Source: Verrucomicrobiota bacterium (GTDB lineage: Bacteria; Verrucomicrobiota; Verrucomicrobiia; Limisphaerales; VHCN01). From it: a DNA stretch of 64,000 nt. The stretch covers positions 5,413 through 69,412 of the forward strand of contig VHCN01000011.1 in the NCBI GenBank assembly GCA_016871675.1. Direction: 5' to 3'. Made by a program: the position numbers and the translations under genes. The notes below the pieces were generated by a model that worked only from the letters and a program-made list of their open reading frames with translations, was not told the DNA's origin and did not search any database. This document shows, one piece after another, positions 1-7,599 of the stretch (the first letter of the stretch is position 1; every line of letters starts with the position of its first letter).

Positions 1-2
1 TC

Positions 3-611
3 GATCTCATCACGGGCCGCACCGCGCCGGACGTGGGCAAAGTCGAGTTTGGCAAGGACACCGACCTCACCGAGCTGAACGAATACGAAATCAACCGCCT
101 CGGCATCGGCCGCAAGTTTCAGACGCCCTCGGTTTATGTGGACAGCACGGTCTTCGAGAACATCTGGCTCTCGCTCGAAGGCAGCCGCAGCCTCTGGTCA
201 TGCCTCTTCTCGCGCATCTCCTCCGAGCAGCGCGACCGCATCCATGAGGTGATGAAGACCATCGGTCTGGTGGACAAGGCCGATACGAAGGCCGGCCTGC
301 TCTCCCACGGCCAGAAGCAGTGGCTCGAAATCGGCATGTTGCTTGCGCAGAATCCGAAGCTCCTCCTCGTGGACGAACCTGCCGCCGGCATGACCGACGA
401 GGAGACGCACAAAACCGGCGAGCTGTTGATGAGTCTCGAAGGCAAGCACAGCATCGTCGTCATCGAGCACGACATGACCTTCGTCCGGCAGATTGCCCGC
501 AAAGTCACCGTCCTCCACCAGGGCCATGTCCTCTGTGAAGGCACCGTGGACCAGGTGCAGAACGACGAGCGCGTCATCGAGGTGTATCTCGGTCGCAAGA
601 AGAAGGCGTGA
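3..611 (+). CDS. urtD: urea ABC transporter ATP-binding protein UrtD (5' end outside window)
   Basis: The frame is open from the window edge (DLITGRTAPDVGKVEFG...). Motifs GIGRKFQTPSVY, LSHGQKQWLEIGMLL, LLLVDEPAAGMTD, VIEHDM and ERVIEVYLGR are typical of UrtD-type ABC ATPases. It is followed by urtE and urease genes. Confidence 0.9.
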   Translation, partial: DLITGRTAPDVGKVEFGKDTDLTELNEYEINRLGIGRKFQTPSVYVDSTVFENIWLSLEGSRSLWSCLFSRISSEQRDRIHEVMKTIGLVDKADTKAGLLSHGQKQWLEIGMLLAQNPKLLLVDEPAAGMTDEETHKTGELLMSLEGKHSIVVIEHDMTFVRQIARKVTVLHQGHVLCEGTVDQVQNDERVIEVYLGRKKKA

Positions 612-630
612 ACCCAATGAAGAAGTGCTT

Positions 631-702
631 AGTAATTAGTAATGAGTGCGCGGAAGGGACCGCGTTGATCGCTCGGAGACTAATCACTAATCACTAATTA
701 CT
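631..702. repeat. AT-rich palindromic intergenic element (inverted heptamer arrays around a GC-rich core hairpin)
   Basis: 631-640 AGTAATTAGT is the exact reverse complement of 693-702. The left arm is AGTAATT|AGTAATG and the right arm is TAATCAC|TAATCAC|TAATTAC (681-701). There is an inner 5-bp stem, CGCGG(649-653)/CCGCG(660-664). Confidence 0.6.
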
Positions 703-706
703 TCCC

Positions 707-1402
707 ATGCTGACCCTTTCCGACATCAACGTTTCCTACGACGGCTCCCGCATCCTGCGCGGCGTCAGCCTCGAAGTCCCGGACCGCAGCCTCGTCTGCC
801 TCATGGGCCGCAACGGCGTCGGCAAGACCACCACGCTCAAGAGCATCATCGGCCTCGTGCAGGCGGACTCCGGCACCGTGACGCTGGCCGGCAAGAATCT
901 CACCGGCTGCCGGCCTGACGAGCGCGCTCGTGACGGGGTTGGCTACGTGCCGCAGGGGCGCGACATCTTCCCGCACCTCACGGTCTGGGAGAATTTGAAG
1001 CTCAGTCTCGTGGTCCACGGCGCGAAGGCGAACGGCCAGGTGGACCGCGTGCTCGAGCTGTTCCCCATCCTCAAGGAGTTTCTCCAGCGCAAGGGCGGCG
1101 TGCTCAGCGGTGGCCAGCAGCAGCAGCTCGCCATCGCCCGCGCCCTGCTCACTGACCCCAAGGTGCTCATCCTCGACGAGCCGACCGAGGGCATCCAGCC
1201 CAACATCATTGACCTGATCGGCGACACGCTCGTGAAGATCAAACAGGAGGGCAAGATCAGCATCCTCCTCGTCGAGCAATACCTCGACTTCTGCCTCGCG
1301 GTCGGGGACAACTTTTACATCATGGATCGCGGCTCCATCGTAGCCTCCGGCCCCATCGCCCAACTCAACGACGACCTCGTCAAACTGCACCTGACTGTAT
1401 GA
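707..1402 (+). CDS. urtE: urea ABC transporter ATP-binding protein UrtE
   Basis: 231 aa. Walker A GRNGVGKTT, signature LSGGQQQQLAIARAL, Walker B ILDEPTEGIQP. ATG start at 707. Confidence 0.92.
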   Translation: MLTLSDINVSYDGSRILRGVSLEVPDRSLVCLMGRNGVGKTTTLKSIIGLVQADSGTVTLAGKNLTGCRPDERARDGVGYVPQGRDIFPHLTVWENLKLSLVVHGAKANGQVDRVLELFPILKEFLQRKGGVLSGGQQQQLAIARALLTDPKVLILDEPTEGIQPNIIDLIGDTLVKIKQEGKISILLVEQYLDFCLAVGDNFYIMDRGSIVASGPIAQLNDDLVKLHLTV

Positions 1403-1770
1403 GCAACCCATCTGACCGCAGCCGCACGAACCGCTTCTCCTCCCTCTCCCTTCATCGGATGAGGGGAGAGGGTCGGGGTGAGGGGTGGCGTGTAACCCTT
1501 GGCTCACGCCTCAAAGTCCGCCTCCTCACGTCGGCGGCTACGACTGCCTTCGCACTCTCCGCGTCCGCGCATCCCGGCCATGATTGGGCTGCGGTGGACG
1601 CACGGCATTTGGTGACGAGTCCCGACCATCTCGCCGTGCTCGCCCTCGCTGGCGTCGTGCTGTGCCTCGGCGCGCGTTTTGTCCAAGCCCGCTGGCCGCG
1701 CCGTATGCTCCAAGGCGCGGGCCTCGTCGCTGTTGCCGTTGCCGCTGTTGTTTGGGGACTCCGTGCGTGA
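1399..1770 (+). CDS. small membrane protein resembling the N-terminal part of HupE/UreJ nickel permeases (start uncertain: ATG 1399 or ATG 1459)
   Basis: ATGA overlap with the urtE stop (1399-1402) and TGATG overlap with the ureD start (1768-1772). A signal-like LLTSAATTAFALSASA is followed by AHPGHD...SPDHLAVLALAGVVL and a second hydrophobic helix. Confidence 0.45.
   Translation: MSNPSDRSRTNRFSSLSLHRMRGEGRGEGWRVTLGSRLKVRLLTSAATTAFALSASAHPGHDWAAVDARHLVTSPDHLAVLALAGVVLCLGARFVQARWPRRMLQGAGLVAVAVAAVVWGLRA
1442..1472. repeat. REP-like hairpin (15-bp stem, 1-nt loop)
   Basis: CCCTCTCCCTTCATC g GATGAGGGGAGAGGG, with one G-U position. It lies between the urtE stop and the internal ATG 1459. Confidence 0.6.
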
Positions 1771-2630
1771 TGGTCGCCGCCATCCATGACTTTACCACTC
1801 GTCGTTCCGGCCACGCGCACTTGCAGTGCGAGCGGATCGCCGGGAAGACCGCCGTCACTTCGTCCTTCGCCACCTCGCCGCTGAAACTCCTCACGCCCCG
1901 TTCGCGCGGCGAGAGTGTCTGGGCCTACCTCAGCAGCTTCGGCGGCGGCATGGTCGCCGGTGATGAAACCCGCCTCGACCTCCACGCTGGCCCCGGCACG
2001 CGCTGCTTTGTCGGCACGCAGGCCTCGACGAAAATCTATCGCAACCCCACGCAGCGCCCCTGCTCGCATCGTGTCCGCGCTGACGTCGCCGAGGACAGCC
2101 TGCTCGTCCTCGCCCCCGACCCGGTCCAGTCGTTCGCCGATTCCAGCTTCAGCCAGCGCCAGGAAATCTTCCTGCACCCGACCGCCGGACTGGTGCTCCT
2201 TGACTGGTGCTGTTCCGGCCGCGTCGCGCGCGGTGAACGCTGGGCCTTCAACGCCTACGCCAGCCGCATTGAAGTCTGGCGCTCCGACCAATCGGCCATC
2301 CCCAAGCGCCTCTTCCTCGACTCGCTGCTCCTCGATCCCGCCGACGGAGCGCTCGATGCCCCGATGCGCCTCGGCCGCTTCAATTGCTTCGCGCTCCTCC
2401 TGCTCCTCGGCCCGCCACTGGCCACTGCCGCGCAGCAACTGCTCGCCACCCTCGCCGAGCGCCCTGTAGAGCGCCGCGCTCCACTGGTCGTCGCCGCGAG
2501 CCCGCTCCGTGACGGGGCCTTGCTCCGTATCGCTGGCGAGCGTTTCGAGGACGTGGCCCGCGAACTCCACACCCACCTCGCCTTCCTCCCCGCACACCTC
2601 GGCGACGACCCCTTCGCCCGAAAATGGTAA
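1770..2630 (+). CDS. ureD: urease accessory protein UreD/UreH
   Basis: Internal ATG of the 1584..2630 ORF. MVAAIHDF...HLQCERIAGKTAVTSSFATSPLKLLTP...GGGMVAGDE...GTQASTKIYR is UreD-like. 286 aa. Confidence 0.85.
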   Translation: MVAAIHDFTTRRSGHAHLQCERIAGKTAVTSSFATSPLKLLTPRSRGESVWAYLSSFGGGMVAGDETRLDLHAGPGTRCFVGTQASTKIYRNPTQRPCSHRVRADVAEDSLLVLAPDPVQSFADSSFSQRQEIFLHPTAGLVLLDWCCSGRVARGERWAFNAYASRIEVWRSDQSAIPKRLFLDSLLLDPADGALDAPMRLGRFNCFALLLLLGPPLATAAQQLLATLAERPVERRAPLVVAASPLRDGALLRIAGERFEDVARELHTHLAFLPAHLGDDPFARKW

Positions 2631-2643
2631 ACCACCCAAACCG

Positions 2644-2678
2644 ACTGAACACTGGTCACTGAACACTGACTACTGACC
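2644..2678 (+). repeat. five tandem heptamers (ACTGAAC ACTGGTC ACTGAAC ACTGACT ACTGACC) ending at the ureAB ATG
   Basis: Read directly. The 7-nt period runs without a gap into ATG 2679. Confidence 0.7.
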
Positions 2679-3431
2679 ATGCATCTTAGCCCCCGCGAAC
2701 TCGACAAGCTCACCCTCCACGCCGCCGGCTCCCTTGCGCAGAAGCGCCTCGCGCGCGGGTTGCGCCTGAACCACCCCGAAGCCGTCGCGCTCATCGCGAC
2801 GGTTCTGCTGGAGTTCATCCGCGATGGCCGGAGTGTCGCCGAGTTGATGAATCTTGGCCGTAAGCTGCTGGGCCGCAACCAGGTCATGCCCGGCGTGCCG
2901 GAGATGATTTACGACGTGCAGGTGGAAGGCACGTTTCCCGACGGCTCGAAGCTCGTCACTGTGCATCATCCCATCGCCAGCGAGAACGGCGACTTGGCCC
3001 TCGCGCTCCACGGCAGTTTCCTCCCTGTGCCGGACATCTCAGATTTCAAACCGGCGGCAGAACAGCCAGTGCCCGGTGCCTGCGAAATCAAGGACGGTGA
3101 AATCGAACTCAATGCCGGTCGTGCGACCGCCACGTTGGCCGTCACGAATCTCGGCGACCGCCCGATTCAAGTCGGCAGCCACTACCACTTCATTGAGACC
3201 AACGCTTCACTGCGCTTCGACCGCGCGAAAGCCTACGGACTGCGCCTCGACATCCCGGCAGGCACAGCCGTGCGTTTTGAACCCGGTGAAACCAAGACGG
3301 TGAAGCTCGTTGAAATCGCCGGGAAGAAAGTCATCCGCGGTGGCAACAACCTCGCCAGCGGCAAAGTTTCCTCCGCTGGGAAGAAAGCCGCGTTGAAGAA
3401 AGCGAAGGCGAAAGGTTTTGCCAGTGCTTGA
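2679..3431 (+). CDS. ureAB: urease gamma-beta fusion subunit
   Basis: The N-terminal 100 aa ([17 protein letters not shown]...VTVHHPIA) match the gamma subunit. A linker is followed by GEIELNAGR...[21 protein letters not shown]...[16 protein letters not shown], which matches the beta subunit. There is a Lys/Ala-rich C-terminal tail. Confidence 0.93.
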   Translation: MHLSPRELDKLTLHAAGSLAQKRLARGLRLNHPEAVALIATVLLEFIRDGRSVAELMNLGRKLLGRNQVMPGVPEMIYDVQVEGTFPDGSKLVTVHHPIASENGDLALALHGSFLPVPDISDFKPAAEQPVPGACEIKDGEIELNAGRATATLAVTNLGDRPIQVGSHYHFIETNASLRFDRAKAYGLRLDIPAGTAVRFEPGETKTVKLVEIAGKKVIRGGNNLASGKVSSAGKKAALKKAKAKGFASA

Positions 3432-3463
3432 AACGCATTTCATAGCCTCAGAGAGGCGGCAGA

Positions 3464-3640
3464 AGGTAGCCCACGGCGTGAGCCGTGGGATTCGCGTCCG
3501 AAATAGCGCAAGCCCCGGAGGGGCGACAGAATCGTTATTTTCCGCCGGAAATCTCTTTCGCCCCTGCCGGGGCTTGTTCCGTATGTTCGCTAGACCCACG
3601 GCTCACGCCGTGCGCTACCTTCAAACGCCCCTCCGGGGCT
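3464..3640. repeat. nested inverted-repeat element filling the ureAB-ureC spacer
   Basis: Outer arms 3464-3489 / 3595-3620 are 26 nt with 1 mismatch, and each arm contains its own 8-bp hairpin CCCACGGC-GTGA-GCCGTGGG. AGCCCCGGAGGGGCG (3511-3525) is exactly complementary to 3626-3640 and nearly complementary to 3559-3574. Confidence 0.65.
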
Positions 3641-3656
3641 GAACCCGATTCCTGCT

Positions 3657-5372
3657 ATGTCCCATAAAATGAAACGCGCCCACTACGCCGACATGTTCGG
3701 CCCGACCACCGGCGACAAAGTCCGGCTCGGCGACACTTCGCTCATCGCGGAGGTCGAGAAGGATTTCACCGTCTATGGCGACGAATGCAAATTCGGCGGC
3801 GGCAAAGTCATCCGCGAAGGCATGGGCCAGGCCGCCGGTGTCGGGGCGAAGGTCGCGTTGGATTGCGTCATCACCAACGCGCTCGTGCTCGATCATACCG
3901 GCATCTACAAGGCCGACATCGGCATCAAGAATGGCTTGATCTCCGGCATCGGCAAGGCGGGCAATCCCGACATGATGGCGGGCGTGACCAAAGGCATGAT
4001 CGTCGGCGTCACCACGGAAGTCATCGCGGGCGAGGGTTTGATTCTCACGGCGGGCGGCCTCGACACGCACATCCATTTCATCTGCCCGCAACAGGCGCAC
4101 GAAGCGATTGCCGCCGGTCTCACCACGATGGTTGGCGGCGGCACTGGCCCGGCGGTCGGCACTTGCGCGACGACCTGCACGCCCGCGCCGTTTTATTTCA
4201 AGGCGATGTTGCAAGCGGTGGATTCCCTGCCGCTCAACTTTGGTTTCACCGGCAAAGGCAACACCGCGATGCCCGCCGGTTTGCCCGAGCAAATTGCCGC
4301 CGGCGCAATCGGCCTCAAGCTGCACGAGGACTGGGGCACGACGCCCGCCGCGATTGATTGCTGCCTCGGCATCGCGGACAAACACGACGTGCAGGTGACG
4401 ATTCACACCGACACGCTGAACGAATCCACGTTCGTCGAAGGCACGATTGCCGCGTTCAAGGGCCGCACGATTCACACGTATCACAGCGAAGGCGCGGGCG
4501 GCGGTCACGCGCCGGACATCATCCGCATCTGCGGTGAGCCGAACGTGCTGCCGAGTTCCACCAACCCGACGCGGCCTTACACGGTCAACACGATTGACGA
4601 GCATCTCGACATGCTCATGGTCTGCCATCATCTCGACCCGAACCTGCCCGAGGACGTGGCGTTTGCCGAGAGCCGCATCCGGGGTGAGACCATCGCGGCG
4701 GAGGATATCCTGCACGACATGGGCGCGATCAGCATGATGAGCTCGGATTCGCAGGCGATGGGCCGCATCGGCGAAGTCATCACGCGGTCTTGGCAGACGG
4801 CGGATAAGATGAAGCAACAGCGCGGTCGCTTGCCCGAAGAAAAAGGCGACAACGACAACGTCCGCATCAAGCGTTACCTCTCCAAATACACCATCAACCC
4901 CGCGCTTGCCCACGGCATGGCGCATGTCATCGGTTCAATTGAAGTCGGGAAACTCGCCGATCTCGTGCTGTGGAAGCCTGCGATGTTCGGCGCGAAACCG
5001 GAGATGGTCATCAAAGGCGGATTCATCGCGTGGGCGCAGATGGGCGATCCGAACGCGAGCATTCCCACGCCGCAACCGGTTTACATGCGTCCGATGTTCG
5101 GCGCGTTTGGTCGCGCGACGGGTGCGACAAGCATCGCGTTCGTCAGCCAGCTCTGCAAAGCGAAGGGCGTGGCGAAGGGCTACGGAATCACCAAACGCAT
5201 CGAAGCTGTGAAAGGCTGCCGCAAAGTCACCAAGCGCGACCTCAAGTGGAACAACGCGTTGCCCAAAATCACCGTGGACCCCGAGACCTACGAGGTCCGC
5301 GCTGACGGTGAGCTGCTCACCTGCGAACCCGCGCAGGTGCTGCCGCTGGCGCAACGGTATTTTCTTTTCTAA
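3657..5372 (+). CDS. ureC: urease alpha subunit
   Basis: 571 aa. [56 protein letters not shown] and MGRIGEV are canonical UreC active-site segments. Confidence 0.97.
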   Translation: MSHKMKRAHYADMFGPTTGDKVRLGDTSLIAEVEKDFTVYGDECKFGGGKVIREGMGQAAGVGAKVALDCVITNALVLDHTGIYKADIGIKNGLISGIGKAGNPDMMAGVTKGMIVGVTTEVIAGEGLILTAGGLDTHIHFICPQQAHEAIAAGLTTMVGGGTGPAVGTCATTCTPAPFYFKAMLQAVDSLPLNFGFTGKGNTAMPAGLPEQIAAGAIGLKLHEDWGTTPAAIDCCLGIADKHDVQVTIHTDTLNESTFVEGTIAAFKGRTIHTYHSEGAGGGHAPDIIRICGEPNVLPSSTNPTRPYTVNTIDEHLDMLMVCHHLDPNLPEDVAFAESRIRGETIAAEDILHDMGAISMMSSDSQAMGRIGEVITRSWQTADKMKQQRGRLPEEKGDNDNVRIKRYLSKYTINPALAHGMAHVIGSIEVGKLADLVLWKPAMFGAKPEMVIKGGFIAWAQMGDPNASIPTPQPVYMRPMFGAFGRATGATSIAFVSQLCKAKGVAKGYGITKRIEAVKGCRKVTKRDLKWNNALPKITVDPETYEVRADGELLTCEPAQVLPLAQRYFLF

Positions 5373-5373
5373 A

Positions 5374-6165
5374 ATGGCGGCGGCTGTGCCAAAGCGAAAC
5401 AGGCGAACGGACAGGCCGCGTCACCGCGTGCCCGCTTTGGACGTTGCTCCGCGCATTGGCACCGGGCTTCTGCCCGGGGTTGAGGCGCGTGATGGTCACA
5501 CCACCGTTTCAACGGCCGCAGGCGCGAGCGGCGACGACTGGCTCCTCTGGCAGCTCGCTGACTCCGCCTTCCCCACCGGCGGCTTCGGACATTCCGGCGG
5601 ATTGGAAGCCGCGTGCCAGCATGGCGAAGTGACCCGCGCGGGCTTGCCCGGTTTCCTCGAAGCCAGCCTTCGCCAATGCGCCCGCGCTGCGTTGCCTCTC
5701 GTTACTGCCGCTCACACCGAGTCGCAGCGCCTGACTGAGTTCGACCAACTCTGCGACGCGTTCCTTTCCAACCACGTCGCGAACCGCGCCAGCCGTTTGC
5801 AAGGCCGTGCCTTTTGGACCGCTGTCACGCGCGCCTTCCTGCCGGAGCTTGCCGAACCGCCGGAGCTTTGCCACCTCGCCCCCGTTTTCGGCGTGCTCAC
5901 TCAGCGGCTCGCCATCACGGCGCCGTCAGCCGCGAGGCTCTTCCTTTTCTTGCACCTGCGCGGGCTGGTGTCCTCCGCTGTTCGCCTTGGTGTCATCGGC
6001 CCGCTGGAAGCCCAGGCCGTGCAGCATCGCCTCGGAACGGTGGCTGAGGCTGTGGCCACGCAGGCTGCCTCGTTCACCTTGGACAACCTCACGCAGACCG
6101 CGCCGCTCCTCGACCTCTGGCAGGGTGCGCAGGACCGGCTTTACTCACGGCTCTTTCAAAGCTGA
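5374..6165 (+). CDS. ureF: urease accessory protein UreF
   Basis: The ATG lies 2 nt after the ureC stop. LLWQLADSAFPTGGFGHSGGLEA is the UreF signature. The N-terminal ~50 aa are unconserved, so the start is uncertain. Confidence 0.85.
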   Translation: MAAAVPKRNRRTDRPRHRVPALDVAPRIGTGLLPGVEARDGHTTVSTAAGASGDDWLLWQLADSAFPTGGFGHSGGLEAACQHGEVTRAGLPGFLEASLRQCARAALPLVTAAHTESQRLTEFDQLCDAFLSNHVANRASRLQGRAFWTAVTRAFLPELAEPPELCHLAPVFGVLTQRLAITAPSAARLFLFLHLRGLVSSAVRLGVIGPLEAQAVQHRLGTVAEAVATQAASFTLDNLTQTAPLLDLWQGAQDRLYSRLFQS

Positions 6166-6174
6166 ACTCCCACC

Positions 6175-6918
6175 ATGAATCGCATCCTCCTCCATCCCCA
6201 CTCCCACAGCCACGGCCCCGGCGGTCATACCCACGAGCACATGGAACACCCGGGCCATTTCCATGAGCGCGACCAGCCACTGCACCGTGATTTCAGCCGC
6301 CGCGCTTTCACTGTCGGCGTGGGTGGGCCGGTGGGCAGCGGCAAGACCGCGTTGATGCTCCAGCTTTGCCGCAAGTTGCGCGAGAAGATGAACATCGCCG
6401 CCGTCACCAACGACATCTTCACCAAGGAAGACGGTGAGTTCCTCGTGCGCAACGACGCGCTCGCCGCCGACCGCATCAAGGCCGTCGAGACCGGCGGCTG
6501 CCCGCACGCGGCCATCCGCGAGGACATCACGGCGAACCTGCTTGCGCTTGAGGACTTGCACCGGAAGTTCCATCCGCAACTGCTCCTCATCGAGTCCGGC
6601 GGCGACAACCTCGCCGCCTGCTACAGCCGCGAGCTGGCCGATTACACCATCCAGGTCATTGACGTGGCGGGCGGCGACAAAATCCCGCGCAAAGGCGGCC
6701 CCGGCATCACCCAGAGCGATTTGCTGGTCATCAACAAGACCGACCTTGCCTCGCTCATCGGCGCAGACCTCACGGTGATGGAGCGCGACTCCAAGAAGAT
6801 GCGCGGCAACGGTCCCTTCGTCTTCGCGCAGGTCAAGAACGGGGTGGGCGTGGACGCGATCATCACTCACATCCTCCACGCTTGGCAGCATGCGACCGGG
6901 GTGGAGCACTCACACTGA
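6175..6918 (+). CDS. ureG: urease accessory GTPase UreG with His-rich N-terminal extension
   Basis: P-loop GGPVGSGKT, then ESGGDNL and NKTDL. N-terminus [25 protein letters not shown]. Confidence 0.95.
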   Translation: MNRILLHPHSHSHGPGGHTHEHMEHPGHFHERDQPLHRDFSRRAFTVGVGGPVGSGKTALMLQLCRKLREKMNIAAVTNDIFTKEDGEFLVRNDALAADRIKAVETGGCPHAAIREDITANLLALEDLHRKFHPQLLLIESGGDNLAACYSRELADYTIQVIDVAGGDKIPRKGGPGITQSDLLVINKTDLASLIGADLTVMERDSKKMRGNGPFVFAQVKNGVGVDAIITHILHAWQHATGVEHSH

Positions 6919-7104
6919 GAAATGGACTGGCGGGTGAAAATGCTTAGGCCGCTGGCTGACGAACAGCGTTGGAGCATCGTGACTGCATTGTTGTAAACGC
7001 CGGTCGAAAAGTGCGGCGGGTGGCGCTCGAAAAGTGAGACACCTTCCGAGGCGTAGGGAACGGTTTTTGGGCTGGGAGGTCAAGTCCGAGAAGCTCGCCG
7101 CGAG

Positions 7105-7155
7105 GTAAAACGAGCAGGCGGGCGAGCGGCGAGCCCCCAGCTCGCGCCCGCCTGC
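7105..7155 (-). terminator. terminator-like hairpin downstream of the istB remnant
   Basis: A ~14-bp GC stem (7114-7127 / 7140-7155) is followed on the minus strand by tcgTTTTacc. Confidence 0.35.
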
Positions 7156-7174
7156 GGTCGAAGGTTCGTTGGAC

Positions 7175-7417
7175 TTACTTCCACTTCAGCCGCTCTTTGG
7201 CGTCTTGCAACCGGTAGCTTTGCCCGTTGGCTTCCAGGATGTGCACCCGGTGCGTCAGCCGGTCCAGCAACGCGCCGGTCAGCCGCTCGCTGCCCAGCAC
7301 CTCCGTCCATTGGGCAAAGGGCAGGTTCGTCGTCACCAGCAGGCTGGTGCGCTCATACGCCCGGCTCACCACCTCGAAGAGGAGCTCCGCTCCGGCCTTG
7401 GAGAACTTCGTTGGGTT
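7175..7417 (-). pseudogene. IstB-like IS21 helper ATPase, C-terminal ~80 codons only
   Basis: KFSKAGAELLFEVVSRAYERTSLLVTTNLPFAQWTEVLGSERLTGALLDRLTHRVHILEANGQSYRLQDAKER matches the IstB C-terminus. There is no Walker region, and the frame breaks ~25 nt from the tRNA 3' end. Confidence 0.7.
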
Positions 7418-7441
7418 ACGCTCGAAACATCTTGTAGTAAT

Positions 7442-7518
7442 TGGCGCACCCGTCAGGAGTTGAACCTGAAACCTTCTGATCCGTAGTCAGATGCTCTATC
7501 CAATTGAGCTACGGGTGC
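7442..7518 (-). tRNA. tRNA-Arg (anticodon ACG)
   Basis: The reverse complement GCACCCGTAGCTCAATTGGATAGAGCATCTGACTACGGATCAGAAGGTTTCAGGTTCAACTCCTGACGGGTGCGCCA folds as a 77-nt cloverleaf: 7-bp acceptor, anticodon loop CTACGGA, encoded CCA. Confidence 0.95.
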
Positions 7519-7599
7519 TCCAAAGGCGCGGCAATCTAGCGGTGGGTCGTAGAGGCGGCAAGCGCGGAGTTGGCTGACCCGGCCCGAAAGCGGCCAAGC

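Larger units (their letters stand above)
6975..7420 (-). mobile_element. decayed IS21-family element end (istB 3' fragment plus possible terminal repeats)
   Basis: An istB C-terminal fragment, and a TCGAAAAGTG direct repeat at ~7002 and ~7027 downstream of it. There is no istA and no intact ends. The left boundary is a guess. Confidence 0.4.

Noticed and set aside
1452-2666. 404-aa minus ORF, and similar long opposite-strand ORFs (3621..4925, 7570..9315, 14969..16408, 17411..18805, 19346..20881, 20878..22068, 22131..24284, 24582..25820, 25983..27440, 27170..28747, 29617..30681, 30729..32696, 41930..43783, 44310..45791, 45574..47241, 48197..49183)
   Set aside because: Each lies opposite a gene with unambiguous family motifs and shows the Arg/Gly/Ala/Asp-rich composition of antisense frames in GC-rich DNA.
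3418-3667. Small ORFs (74, 60 and 130 aa) across the ureAB-ureC spacer
   Set aside because: They are read-through of the nested inverted-repeat element. The same peptide-like strings appear on both strands because of the palindromy, which argues for an RNA/DNA element rather than proteins.
1-7442. The urea-transport/urease block as a tRNA-Arg-borne genomic island
   Set aside because: It lies on the 3' side of the tRNA next to an IS remnant. However, its composition matches the flanks, no integrase is present, and I could not find a repeated copy of the tRNA 3' end. The idea is only mentioned under the IS finding.
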